DNA from: Malacoraja senta | Taxonomy: Eukaryota | NCBI GenBank assembly: GCA_038087875.1 | Contig: CM075990.1 | Span: forward strand, 7,440,001 to 7,504,000 | Direction: 5' to 3' | DNA: 64,000 bases | In this document: piece after piece, positions 13,222 to 25,312 of the stretch | How positions within the stretch are numbered: position 1 is the stretch's first letter | How the letters are laid out: each line of letters begins with the position of its first letter | Made by a program: the position numbers and the translations under genes | Notes under the pieces: generated by a model | What the model saw: only the letters and a program-made list of their open reading frames with translations | What the model was told of the DNA's origin: nothing | The model's database searches: none

Positions 13222-13914
13222 ATGAACGAGGGAGGCATCTCTGCAGCTCCACCCGTTTTCCCCGTCGTCTCTGCAGACCCCGAAGGCTCCAACCCCGGGG
13301 ACGAGCAGGAGGTCTCGCCGCCGTCCCGGGGTCTCCACTGCAGCGGCTGCGTGGTGTGGCCTCGCCAGCAGACCTGGTTGTGCGTCGTCCCGCTTCTCAT
13401 CGGCTTCATCGGGCTGGGGCTCAGCCTGATGTTGCTCAGGTGGATCGTGGTGGGGTCGGTCAAGGAGTATGTGCCGCCGGACCAGCGGGAATCCAACCGC
13501 GTCGGGCAGGATCCCATCTTCCTCTCCAAGCCCAGCTCCGTCCCCAAGAATAGGGATACGACCACCACCACCAGCACCGCAGCACCGCCAGCAGCAGCAG
13601 CAGCAGCAGCAGCATCAGCACCACGCACCCTCCAGTCAATCCTCTTGGCCCCGGCACCCCCAGACTCGCCACCCAGGGCACGGTCCACTCCTCCACCCCC
13701 ACGCCCAGGCCGGGGGTCCCGCTCACCTCCAGCGGCCCCGGGACGTCGCCCTACCGCCTCACGCCCACCGCCACCCACGGGACGCCCTGGCACACGCTGC
13801 CCTACTCTACCTCTGCAAGCAAATTCTTCCTGCACGACTCCACGCCGTCCTGGACACTGTCGAAAGCGGGGCCATCGACCACCGACACCCGCTCCGTCGT
13901 CAGACCCAAATTTC
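13222..13914 (+). CDS. NRG3: Neuregulin-3 first coding exon (N-terminal hydrophobic segment plus Ser/Thr-rich region), with an apparent 1-bp frameshift near 13580
   Basis: The translation LHCSGCVVWPRQQTWLCVVPLLIGFIGLGLSLMLLRWIVVGSVKEYVP...GQDPIFLSKPSSVPK matches the NRG3 N-terminus as I recall it. After 13581 a second frame gives FLHDSTPSWTLS...RPKF, also NRG3-like. The exon ends at donor TTTC|GTAAGT (13914/13915). Confidence 0.95.
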
Positions 13915-14244
13915 GTAAGTAACATGTTTCATTACTCTCCCCCCCCCTCCCTATTGTGGGACTAAAGGGACAGCGAGGGAGCAGGTGGGTGGGTGTGCAT
14001 TCTGTGAGTGAGTGTGCAAATGTGTGTGAGAAAAGTCACTATTACACTTGCCCGTGCGTGAGCGAGTGTGCATTCTGTGAGTGAGTGTGCATTCTGTGAG
14101 TGAGTGTGCATGCCCCCGCCGCGAGTGTGCAAATGTGTGTGAGAAAAGTCACTGTACACTTGCCTGTGTGAGAGAGCCCGTGCATCTCTGTGGTAATTCC
14201 TCTGAGTAGCTCCACACGGTAGTGAGTTTGTGCACGTGTGTGTG

Positions 14245-14404
14245 TGGGGGGGGGGGAGTTGTGTGTATGTGTGTGGGGGGGGGGGTTGTGTGTATGTGTG
14301 TGGGGGGGGGGGTTGTGTGTATGTGTGTGGGGGGGGGGGGGTTGTGTGTATGTGTGTGGGGGGGGAGTTGTGTGTATGTGTGTGGGGGGGGGGTTGTGTG
14401 TATG
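14245..14404 (+). repeat. G-tract minisatellite (G8-13 TTGTGTGTATGTGTGT)n running into a gap
   Basis: Six visible units, directly readable. Confidence 0.9.
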
Positions 14405-15762
14405 NNNNNNNNNNNNNNNNNNNNNNNNNNNNNNNNNNNNNNNNNNNNNNNNNNNNNNNNNNNNNNNNNNNNNNNNNNNNNNNNNNNNNNNNNNNNNNNN
14501 NNNNNNNNNNNNNNNNNNNNNNNNNNNNNNNNNNNNNNNNNNNNNNNNNNNNNNNNNNNNNNNNNNNNNNNNNNNNNNNNNNNNNGGGGTGTGTATGATG
14601 TGTGTGTGTGAGTGGGGGTGTGAGTGGGGGTGTGTATGATGTGTGTCTATGTGTGTGTGTGAGTGGGGGGTGTTCTGCATGCTTCAGTAGACCAGGGAAT
14701 TAACGCTATTGTTATAGAGACTGCACTTGTTCAGGAGCAGGAATTATCAATCAACATCAGCAAGCTCATAATGCATTTAACATTCCAATGTGTAAATAAA
14801 TTCACGCTGACTAATCTTCTTCCCAGTTACAACCAGGATTATATCTGTGTACTCTTCAGTTTCTATCTTCCAATGAGAAAAGATGACTATTGTTATGTTT
14901 ATGTCCAAGAACAGCAGCATTTGCTCTTCTGTAATAAGATTGATTCCAACTGTAAATATAGATGATTGTTATTCTAATCCAGTGTATGTAAGGGGCATGA
15001 CTCTCACTGTGTGTATGTGGGCAATGATTCCAGCTTTGTGTTTATGGTGGCTGAACCACCCTGTGGATATTGAAGCTGAATCCAACCCTGTGGATGTGGC
15101 AAATAGTTCTAACCCTGTTATTTGGAGTATACTTCTCACCCTGTGTATATGAGGGCCCCTTTTGTTAGGGGCCTAATTCTGGCCTTGTGTAGTTGGACCA
15201 TAATTCTAACCCTGTTGGTTTAAGGGCATTGAGTGGATAATTCTATAAATTCTGTATTCAGAGGATAATTTAAATCTGTTTATTTAGAGAATAATTCTGG
15301 CCCTGTATATATGGGGATGCTTCAAGCCTTGAGCATGTGGCTTCTGAATTGCTCCTCTACACATCGAAGCTATTACTAATCCAGTGTACAAGTTATAATT
15401 ACAATCTACCTATTTGTGGTATGACTCGCTGTGCCTTTTGCTTCCATGCTGTTTAAATGGAGGCGGTTTCAAACCTTTTGCAAATGCTACCTGGAATAAA
15501 ACCATCTCAGTGTTAAAAATTGTTGACGGTGGAAATCTGGGATGAAAACAGAAACTGCAGGAAGCACTTAGCAGGTCAGGCAGCATGTGGGGACCAAGAA
15601 ACAGAGTTGACGTTTCAGGTTGACAACCTTCCTGATGTCAACTGTACGTATGCAAGGAGCATTGTACGGCTGTATACATGTTAGCTGTTTCCAACTGTAA
15701 AATGGGACTGCTGATTCTGACTGTGCATATGATTGCCTATTCTAGCCCTGTGCATGTGGAGT

Positions 15763-15855
15763 CTGAAGAAGGGTTTCAGCCCGAAACGTTGCCTATTTCC
15801 TTCGCTCCATAGATGCTGCCTCACCCGCTGAGTTTCTCCAGCATTTTTGTCTACC
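15763..15855 (+). mobile_element. Penelope-like terminal repeat with minimal hammerhead motif
   Basis: CTGAAGA A GGGT TTCA GCCC GAAACGTT followed by the family 3' sequence. Confidence 0.75.
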
Positions 15856-16654
15856 GTTAATTCTACATACATGGGCTAACACTGTGCATATTAAGGCTGA
15901 TTCTAACTATATGTGTGTCTAATTTTAAAACTTTGAATACGGTGTCTGATTGTCACCATGTCGATATTGAGGCTCATTGGAATACAGTACATATCAAAGC
16001 AAATTCTATTGCAGTGTAAGGGTATTGATTCTAATGCTGTTTATGTAATAGCTGGTTTTAAAGCCTGTGTATATAGTTGCTCCTTCTAGCCGTGTATAGC
16101 AATGCTCACTTTAACTTTGATATGGAAAATAACTCTATTCCTGTGTATGTTGAGGCTCATTCTAACACTGCATATATCAAAGCTGATTGTTATGCAGCCC
16201 ATGCTAACCTGGTTTATATGATGGCTGAATTTAGAACTGTGTACATGCACCTGATTCTATCTCTGTTGTTGATTTCAAAGTCTGAGTCTAAATCCTGCAC
16301 ATGCTGATTTTATACTTTGCATTTCCGGGCTGTTCTGTTCTTGTGCAGGTGGAAGCTGAAACTAATTTTGTATTTCATGGGGGCTGCAAAGATCATGTAT
16401 ATGAGGGCTGATTCTAATCATGCCTATATGACATGATTGTATGATGTCTATATGATGGTTGATTCCAATGCTGCATCTATTCCTGTAAATATAGAAACAG
16501 ATTCTGTCATTGTGTACAATCAGGGTAATTTTATACTAGCGCGCATGATCAGGTTCTGTGCACATTTGAGGATATTCTTTACTGTTGCACAGATGGGTCC
16601 TTTCCTCGTGTGTGTCAATCGATGCTCTAATTGTACATCTTGTGGTTTTAATCG

Positions 16655-17070
16655 AAGATAGGCACAAAAAGCTGGAGTTACTCAGTGGGTCACACAGCGT
16701 TTCTGGAGAAAGGGAATTGGTGACGTTTCAAGTTGAGACCCTTCAGACTGAGAGTCGGGGAAAGGGAGATGAGAGATATATAGATGGTGATATAGAGAGA
16801 TGTAGAACAAATGAATGAAAGTGTTTGAAAAAAAGTAAAGATGATAACGGAAAAAGGCCAATGTTGGCTGTGGGCTAGGTGAAAACAAGTTACAGACAAT
16901 GAGACTCAACAAGACGACTTTGAAAACGAGTACAATGACTGAGGTGGGGGAGGGACGGGGAGAGGGGGGATGCAAGCGTTACTTGGAGTTAGAGAAATCA
17001 ATATTCATATCACTGGGTTGTAAGTTGCCCAGGCAAAATATAAGGTGCTTCTTCTTCCAATTAGCGACCC
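16655..17070 (-). mobile_element. Penelope-like element 3' fragment (GIY-YIG C-terminus, UTR, terminal repeat)
   Basis: Reverse complement of the 62550-62930 region, including HLIF.LG.L.PS.MNIDFS. Confidence 0.75.
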
Positions 17071-17771
17071 TGGGTTTATAGAGGAGAATGTGAGCAAGGT
17101 TGGGACAGGCAGCTCCTCAAATCTGCTCCAACGTTCAACAAGATCGTGGCTCAACTTCTACCTCAATACCTATTCTCTCCTCACATCCCTCAATTCCTTT
17201 GCTATCCAGAAATCTATTGACTTGTGTTTTGAACATAATCAATGACATTATTCACGGAACTTCATCAATAACTTCCTGTGTTTATACAGCGACGAGGCAT
17301 AGTAACATGATTCAAGACTCTTCGCAAGAGCATTATCAGCAAAAGCTGACAAAGCCATATGGAGACATTAAAACAGTTTACTAGAAATGATCAACAAGGT
17401 AAATTTAAGGAGTAGGGAAAGGTGGGAGATTTTCGGAGACACTGGGGATTAAGGTCTGGATTATTGGTTACATTTGGGAAAGGGCTGGAAGCCAGAATTG
17501 GAGAAATGCAGAGATCTTGGACTAGTTTAGATGGAGGGATGATGCCATTGGAGGGATTGGCAAGGAAGGATTAGAATTGCTTATCTGGGAATCAATGCAC
17601 AACATCGAAAAGAGCGAATGGCCTACTCCACCACCTATTTTTCTATGTGTCCATGTGAGAAAATAACACTGCATCGGCAACAATCTTGGTTGACCTTGTG
17701 CTTGCACAGAGTAGAACGAGGGAGGTAAGGTCTGGTGTTGACCGCTCCAGGGAAGAACAAAGATGTGAAGG

Positions 17772-17922
17772 TAGACACAAAATGCTGGAGTAACTCAGCG
17801 GGTGAGTCAAGACCAGAAACGTCGCCCATTCCTTCTCTCCAGAGGTGCTGCCTCACCCGCTGAGTTACTCCAGTATTTTGTGTCTACCTTCGATTTGAAC
17901 CAGCACCTGCAGTTCTGTCTTA
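17772..17922. mobile_element. Fold-back Penelope-like terminal-repeat insertion
   Basis: Inverted arms. TSD AACAAAGA(T/C)GTGAAGG at 17756-17771 and 17923-17938. Confidence 0.75.
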
Positions 17923-19069
17923 AACAAAGACGTGAAGGCAGATCTCAGCAACAAATGATCTGAGACTGATGTGGAATCCACCAGAGCCAGGAGTGGAGAC
18001 AGACGGGTGTAGGAAGGAACTGCAGATGTACCGAATGTGTAAAGGCATGGATATGCATTCCAAAACTCAAAGCGACCCAAAAATGGCAAGGTTATGAGCT
18101 CTCAGCTTGAGTTTCTGACAGCGACCTGTGACAGGGTTGAGGAGTTGACCATGAAACCGAGTTTTGATAGGGATCATAAAGACAGACTACATGAATCCTT
18201 GTTCTAAATCAATATGATTCGAGACTGGCTGCATTGCTCTGTGCATTGAGTGTGTTTTAACCCTGGACACATGGGGATTGATTTTATCTCTGTGTATATC
18301 GCAACTGATCCTGTCACTGTGTACGTTGAGACCGACCCTGTATATCAAGTTTGATATTGCTGCCATATTTATTGAAATTAATTCAATTGCTGTATATATC
18401 AAGACTTATCTTCTCATGCCTACTGAGGTTGCTTCAATAAGCACATTAGGATAGATGCAGTATCTGTGCATTTTGAGTGATCGTACTGTGGTGTTTGTCG
18501 CTGTGTACATCAGGAATGATATGATTCTTGCCCTGTGTATATGGAGACTATACCATGCCTGTGTACAACAAAACTGATCCTCTCCTGATATGTATCAAGA
18601 TTGTTTACATCCCTGTGCGTAGTGGATTGATTCTATCATTACGTACTGACTGATATTGTCAAGACTGACGTTGTCTCTGCTTAGACTTTTTCCTTCACTT
18701 GCGTTTTGAGACTGATTTGAGCCGTGGGCATCAAAAGTGACTTTAAATCTTTGTGTACGTGGATACTGTTCCTATCCCTAATAAAGCAAAAGGCTATAAT
18801 CCTGAAATATGTAGAGACAGACTTACCTGGAAATAATGAGCAAACAAGGCAATATCTGGAGCGATTGTTTCAGTTCTGTGATCTTTCATTTCACATAAGG
18901 TCATTGACCTGATATTTTACCTCTGCATGTAACCTTATATATTAAAAAAATTATTCAAAGCCAGTGCATATAGTTTAATTTCATTGCTCTATCTGTACTG
19001 AATCTAAGCCTCTGCACATCAAAATGTATTCTATCATTGTGTATATCTTAATTATTTTGTTATGGGGCC

Positions 19070-19410
19070 ATTTAGCATGGAAACTGACCATTTGGCCCAT
19101 CGGGTCCATGCCAACCATCCATTTACACTAGTCCTACACTAATCCCATTTTATTCTCCCTTCATTTCAACCTAATACCCCCCCAGCTTCTACCACTTGCC
19201 TACATACAGGGGTAATTTACATTGGTCAATTAACCCCCTCATGTGCATGTCTTTGGGATGTGGGAGGAAATGGGAGCACAAGGAAGGAATCCATGCATTC
19301 ACAGGGAGAATGTGCAAACTCGACCCAGACAGAGCCCAAGGTCAGGATCAAACTTGGGTTACTGGAGTTGTGAGGTGGGAGCTCTAGTAGTGATGTCACA
19401 GTGCCAGCTT
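19070..19410 (-). mobile_element. Older HE1-like V-SINE
   Basis: Diverged reverse complement of the SINE consensus seen elsewhere in the window. Confidence 0.65.
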
Positions 19411-21604
19411 GTAATGGCTTAAGCTAAACCAAGGCAGTTGAATGGAGCATTATACACATGATTAGACACAAAGCATATGAGGAGGCATTTAGAGAAAATG
19501 ACTGAGCTGGATTTTTAGGGCTTCGTTAAATAAGATGCAGAGAGGTGGTAAGGTTCAGGAAGGCAATTTCAGAGCTTGATGCCTTCCAGGACAGCTGAAG
19601 CAAAATAAGTAATGATAGAGAGAGTAAACAGCAGTGATCAGAAAAACTCAGTTATATCGGAGGGACATCTTAAGTAGGGGCAATATCATGGTAGGGTTTG
19701 AAAATAAAAGTTACTATTTTAAAAGCTCGAAGCTCGGCCCAATGTAGGTTTGTATACACGGTGAGCAACACAAGTTAGGATGCACAGTCCTAGATCTTGG
19801 CTGAATTCTAATTTTCCATTCAATCTTTAATCTGCTGAGTTCCCAAGCACAAAAACAAACTGCCAGAGGAACTGAGTGGGCCAGGCAGCGTCTATGGAGG
19901 GAAGTGGACGGACGGCAATATTGTGGGTCGGGACCCGTCTTCAGGCTGATAGGGTGGAGAGGAGGTAGCTGGTGGAGGGAGGTGAGGAGACGGAGTGGGA
20001 CAAGAGCTGGCAAGTGATGGGGTGGATCCAGGGTGAGGAGGGGTTGATTGGTAGATGAGTCAGGAGGGGGAGCGTTGATAGTAACCCAGGCGGCAGGGGA
20101 TAGGTGCAGAAGACAATGGGGTGCAAAGAGTGGGATCTAGTAAGAAGGGGAGAGCAATGCAGAACCAGAGGGTGGGTGGAGGGGAAGGGAAGGGTGGGGG
20201 GAAAGAGGCTGCTGGCTTCGAATATACTCAATGACTGAGTCTTCTCAGTCTCTGAAATAGATTTACAATCCTCTACATAAAGACATTTCTGCATCTCGGT
20301 GATAAATATGAACATTTATTCTAAATCCCTTACCTCTGGGTGCTTCAGCCTATGGAAACTTGCTTCTAGCACCGACCCCGTCCATTGCCTTAAGGATTTA
20401 ATGGTTCTTTTTATGACAACCCCACCATCCCATAAATCTGTATAATGAACCTTTGTTGAACTGTCTGAACAGCATACCTCGCCTTCATTAGGCAAGCAGA
20501 CTTGAACAGTACAGAGCACAGGTGTTGACTCACCAATTCATTATATAATTCCAGCAAGACTTCTGTAATTTTATCCCTCATCCTCTGAAATAAAATACAG
20601 AGATGACATTTGTTTTCTAATTGCTTGCTAAACCTGTGTGTGTTTATTTTCTCTGTTTCATGAACCAGCATGTTAATCGTCTCGAGCATATCACATCAGC
20701 AAATTTAGTTTGTTTTCACATTCTTTTTCCAAAAAATACTAATAACCTCCCCTTTCTTTATTATACTGCATACACATCATAGGTTTGAGTGATCGGAGCA
20801 GAATTCGGCTGATCGAGTTCAATCATGGCTGATCTATCTCTCCTAATCCCATTCTCTGACCTTATCCCCACAACCCCTGACACCCGTACTAATCAAGAAT
20901 CTATTTATCTCTGCCTTGCAAATATCCATTGACTTGGCCTCCACAGCCTTCCCTACTCGTCCGTGCATATGTGTCTTTATAGATCTTATTGATTCACATT
21001 TTAACTTCCATGCCCAGCTCTGAGACATAGCAGCAAACTTGGATATGATGCACTTGGTTCCTTTATCTATTCATTCCATATATATCTTTTAGACCTTAAA
21101 TGGGTCGGACACTAGTGCTGCTGCTCGCTTCCTGGGAATTACAGCACGGTGGTTAAATTACTAGAGTAATAATCGAGAGGCTTGAACCAACAATCTAGAG
21201 AGATTAGTTCAAATCCATCTGTGGTATCTGGAGAATATATCTCCAGTTAATTAATTAATCTAGATTTTTTTTTTCAAAGAAAGCTATTATCAGTTCTATG
21301 AGCACTTGGTTATCGCATGTAAAATGGATCTGGTTCACTGGTTTCTTTCACAGAATGTATTCTGTCAGCCTTTGCCAACCTAAATATGACTACTGACAAA
21401 GGTTAACTGCCCTCCGAAATGCCCAAGCAAACCACTCAGTTGTATCAAGTTAGGAGTACATTTAGGAATTGAGAATGATACAATGCCCCGGATTCAGATG
21501 CAGCCAAGGTATATGCAGTCCAATCTACCTTGAAAAGTTGACCTCAGTGCATCTTAAGGCTGCTGTATAAATGGGGTGAGCTGCCCTACTGCTCAGCCAG
21601 TCAT

Positions 21605-21840
21605 CGGGGTGGTGAATCTGTGGAATTCGGTGCCACAGGAGGCTGTGGAGGCCAAGTCAGTAGATATATTTAAGGCAGAGATAGATAGATCCTTGATTAG
21701 TATGGGTGTCAGAGGTTATGGGGAGAAAGCAGGAGAATGGGGTTCGGAGGGAGAGATAGATCAGCCATCATTGAACAGCGGAGTCGACTTGATGGGCTGA
21801 ACGGCCTATTTCTGCCCCTATTAATTATGATCTTATGATC
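21605..21840 (+). mobile_element. CR1 LINE 3' end
   Basis: VVNLWNSVPQEAVEAKSVDIFKAEIDRSL followed by the CR1 3' UTR. Confidence 0.8.
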
Positions 21841-23311
21841 AGGGGAACACAGTCGCAAGCACAGAGTCGTAGCTTTATGGAGTCCAACATCATCACGCCG
21901 GGATGGGTCGCATCCCACCAGAGAGACTGCTGCGTTGGTGTTGTACTCGCAATGGAGCTGCACTGGGAAGCCTTCGCATGGACTGCAGAGCCCAAGGCAT
22001 CCGATCATAAGCCTCCAAGGGGAAGCGCTCCCTGATTGTCCTGGCTCTCCTCACTCAGCTGAAGTCCATCCTGCAGGTTACAAAGAGTATTCAGGAATGA
22101 TTCAAAGGATAATTGTTTCAAACGTGCTTTATTTCTCATGTATGCGACTGCACGGTGAAATTCTTTTTGCATGTATTACACCTGCAGGCGCCACCATTTG
22201 GGCGCCGTTATCCTAAGTCCAAAGTCCGGTCGGCCCGCGCGCTCGATGTACAGGAGTGGTTTCCACGAACTGGCTCCTCTTACAACATTGGCGGATTGAA
22301 GATAGGGCCAAATGAATGGACCAGAAACATGGAAGATCAGACGTAATGGGAGGAAATGTGAGCACATTAATTTTGATAGAAAATAAACAGCAGGCAGAAT
22401 ATATTTTAAGTGATAAATGAGTTATTGATTGGGACGTATGGGTGTCAGGGGTTATGGGGAGAAGGCAGGAGAATGGGGTTGAAAGGGAAAGATGGATCAA
22501 CCATGATTAATTGACGGAGTAGACTTGATGGGCCAATTGGCCTAGTTCTGCAGGTCGATCATTTATGACCTTATGGGAGGGAGCCTTTTCAAAATGATTA
22601 AGTGTTTGAGAAAGAACCGAAGATGCTGGAAAAATCGAAGGTAGACAAAAATGCTGGAGAAACTCAGCGGGTGAGGCAGCATCTATGGAGTGAAGGAATA
22701 GGTGACGCTTCGGGTCGAGACTCTTCTTCCGATTTTTCAAAATGAAATGGGGAGAGTTCCGGGCAAGCTTATTCCTGCCTTAATTCTGCTCCTAGAACTT
22801 ATAAACTTGTGTGTTCTTGTACATGACGTTAACATGCTGCTGGAAACTACATTGATCTGTTTAACAAAATCATTTCAAGAGTCAACGGTGTTTTATTGCC
22901 TTATGTGCTGGAATGGAACAATGGAATTATTACTTGCAGCAGCACAGTTGGTTAAGAATGTACTCAATAGATAATAAGAAATAAAACGTTCAATAATCCA
23001 ATATAGTGCAAAAATAAAACAAAGACCCAAAATCTCGATTGCAGCTCAGGCATTCCTTACTTCAGAGTTTAGTTGGTTCGGAATCTTCAATAAGCTGATG
23101 GTTGTTGGGAGGAAGCTGTTCCTGAACCTGGATGTTATTGTTTTGAGACAATATTGAGATGAAGGCTATTCCTTCTTCCAGATGACAGGAGTGAAAAGAG
23201 AGCGTGGCCAGTATGGTGTGGGTCATTGTTAATGATGATGATTAAATTAGACAATAGACAATAGGTGCAGGAGTAGGCCATTCGGCCCTTCGAGCCATTC
23301 AATGTGATCAT

Positions 23312-23690
23312 TCTTAAGGGAATTCTTAATGGATTGGACAGGCTAGATGCAGGAAAAAAAATTCCGATGTTGGGGGAATCCAGAACCAGCGGGTCACAGT
23401 TTAAGACTATGGGGTAGGCCATTTAGGACTGAGACAAGGAAAAACGTTTTCACCCAGAGAGTTGTGGATCTGTGGAATTCTCTGCCACAGAAGGCAGAGG
23501 AGGACAATTCACTGGATGTTTTCAAGAGAGAGTTAGATATAGCTCTTAGGGCTAATGGAATCAAGGGATATGGGGAAAAAGCAGGTATGGGGGACTGATT
23601 TTGGATGATCAGCCATAATCATATTGAATGCTGGTGCTGGCTCAAAGGGGTGATTGGCCTACTCCTGCACCTCTATTCTATGTATCCATT
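23312..23690 (+). mobile_element. CR1 LINE 3' fragment
   Basis: GHSLRL.GRPFRTETRKNVFTQRVVDLWNSLPQKA...FKRELD. Confidence 0.85.
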
Positions 23691-23829
23691 ACATGGGTTG
23701 GACAAAACTAATCTAGCTGTTCAGAATGGAATATCTGGAAGGTGCTGTGAAATCTATTCCACTACTGTACCACACGGCACTGCACATTATCACTCTACCA
23801 TAATTAGTCACCAAGAGGCAGAATCATAG

Positions 23830-24280
23830 TTTTAGACTTTAGAGATACAGCGGAGAAACAGGTCCTTTGGCCCACCGAGTCCATGCCGACTAGCGATCGC
23901 CCTGTACACAAACCTACACACACAAGGACAAATTTTACGCCTTACCAAAGGCAATGAACCAAAAAACCTGTACATCTTTGGAGCGCAATCAAAAATGCTG
24001 GAGAAACTCAGCGGGTGCAGCAGCATCTATGGAGCGAAGGAGATAGGCAACGTTTCGGGCCCGAAACGTTGCCTATTTCCTTCGCTCCATAGATGCTGCT
24101 GCACCCGCTGAGTTTCTCCAGCATTTTGTGTACCTTCGATTTTCCAGCATCTGCAGTTCCTTCTTTAACATCTTTGGAGTGTGGAAGGAAACCAGAGCAC
24201 CCGGAGAAAACCCATGTGGTTGCAGGGAGAACATAGAGCCTCTGTACAGACAGCGCCCGTGTTCAGGACCGAACCCTGGT
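23830..24280 (-). mobile_element. HE1-like V-SINE containing a nested fold-back Penelope-like insertion (23984-24167)
   Basis: SINE tail and body are interrupted. TSD ACATCTTTGGAG at 23972-23983 and 24168-24179. Confidence 0.8.
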
Positions 24281-25073
24281 AGAGACAATATTGAGATGAA
24301 GGCTATTCCTTCTTCCAGATGACAGGAGTGAAAAGAGAGCATGGCCAGGATGGTGTGGGTCGTTGATGATACTTGCTACCTTTTTGAGACAGCACTACTT
24401 ATAGATCCCTTCGATGGTAGGCAGGTCAGTACCCAAGATGTACCGGGCAGTGTTCACCACTTTTTGTAATCTCCTTCATTCATGGGCCAAACCAGGCCGT
24501 GACGTAACCAGTCAGTATGTTCTCACTGTACACCTGTGGAAGTTTACTCAAACCACTGTGCCACTGTGCCTCCCAAATGAGTGTGGATGAGTGTGTTGAA
24601 AGCCTCGCCAAAGCTGCCTGAACATGAATTACCTATCTTGTGATGCTGCAACATGTGACTGCTGTGATAAGTAGCAAAAACAGGCAGAACTAAGTGACCC
24701 TATAGCTAATGGATCAGATCAAAGCTCTACAGTTTTTCCATCTCGAGGCATGGACGTTAATGAGCAATTAAACAGATAATGAGAGATGCATAAAGGGACA
24801 CAATGTGCTGGAGTAACTCAGCAGGTCTGGCGGCATCACTGGAGAATATGGATAGGTGACGTTTCGGGCCGAGATCCTTCAGACGTCAGAGTCACAAAAA
24901 CTTCATCTTTCCATGTTCTGCAGAGATGCTACCTGACCTGCTGAGTTAGTCCAGCATTTTGTGTCCTATTGTTTGTTAACCAACATCTGCAGTTCTTTGT
25001 TTCGAGCTAATGGGAGGCGATTCTCTCCAGTCTTCACCGATGATCGTGTCCAGCTTGTGAGTGTGAAAATTAA

Positions 25074-25312
25074 AGGGCCGGTCCCACTTGGCCGTCATTT
25101 GCGCGTCACGCAGATGGCGCGCTCAGATTTTGTACATCACAAAATCCTGCGATGCCACGCGCAGCCGCGCATCACTGCCTATGTCATCGCACACTATGCG
25201 CGCGTAATGCGCACCATGCGTGCATCACGTGTGTGTCACGGCGCGTGCGTCATGACGCATAAATGATGTCGCGTAAATTATGCGCAAATGACGGCCAAGT
25301 GGGACAGGCCCT
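25074..25312. mobile_element. PIF/Harbinger-like MITE (CpG-rich subfamily)
   Basis: TIR AGGGCCGGTCCCACTTGGCCGTCATTTGCGC / GCGCAAATGACGGCCAAGTGGGACAGGCCCT. TAA TSD at 25071-25073 and 25313-25315. Confidence 0.85.

Larger units (their letters stand above)
14930..19050. repeat. Ancient degenerate ~27-bp tandem array (TGATTCTAACCCTGTGTATATGGAGGC-like), in two blocks at about 14930-16640 and 18185-19050
   Basis: CCCTG recurs at 15059, 15086, 15113 and 15139. GATTCT / CTGTGTATAT motifs recur throughout both blocks. Confidence 0.6.

Noticed and set aside
12507-13252. Long ORFs spanning N runs (also near 14.4, 32.1, 39.1, 56.1 and 56.7 kb)
   Set aside because: Artefacts of assembly gaps.
13215-13925. 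236-aa antisense ORF
   Set aside because: Shadow of a GC-rich coding exon with no recognisable domain.
13581-13965. Poly-Ala and Pro/Arg-rich C-terminal half of the 247-aa ORF, and the poly-Gln ORF 13469-13918
   Set aside because: These are off-frame readings of an (AGC)n Ser tract. The NRG3-like motif is in the third frame, and the ORF also reads through the splice donor.
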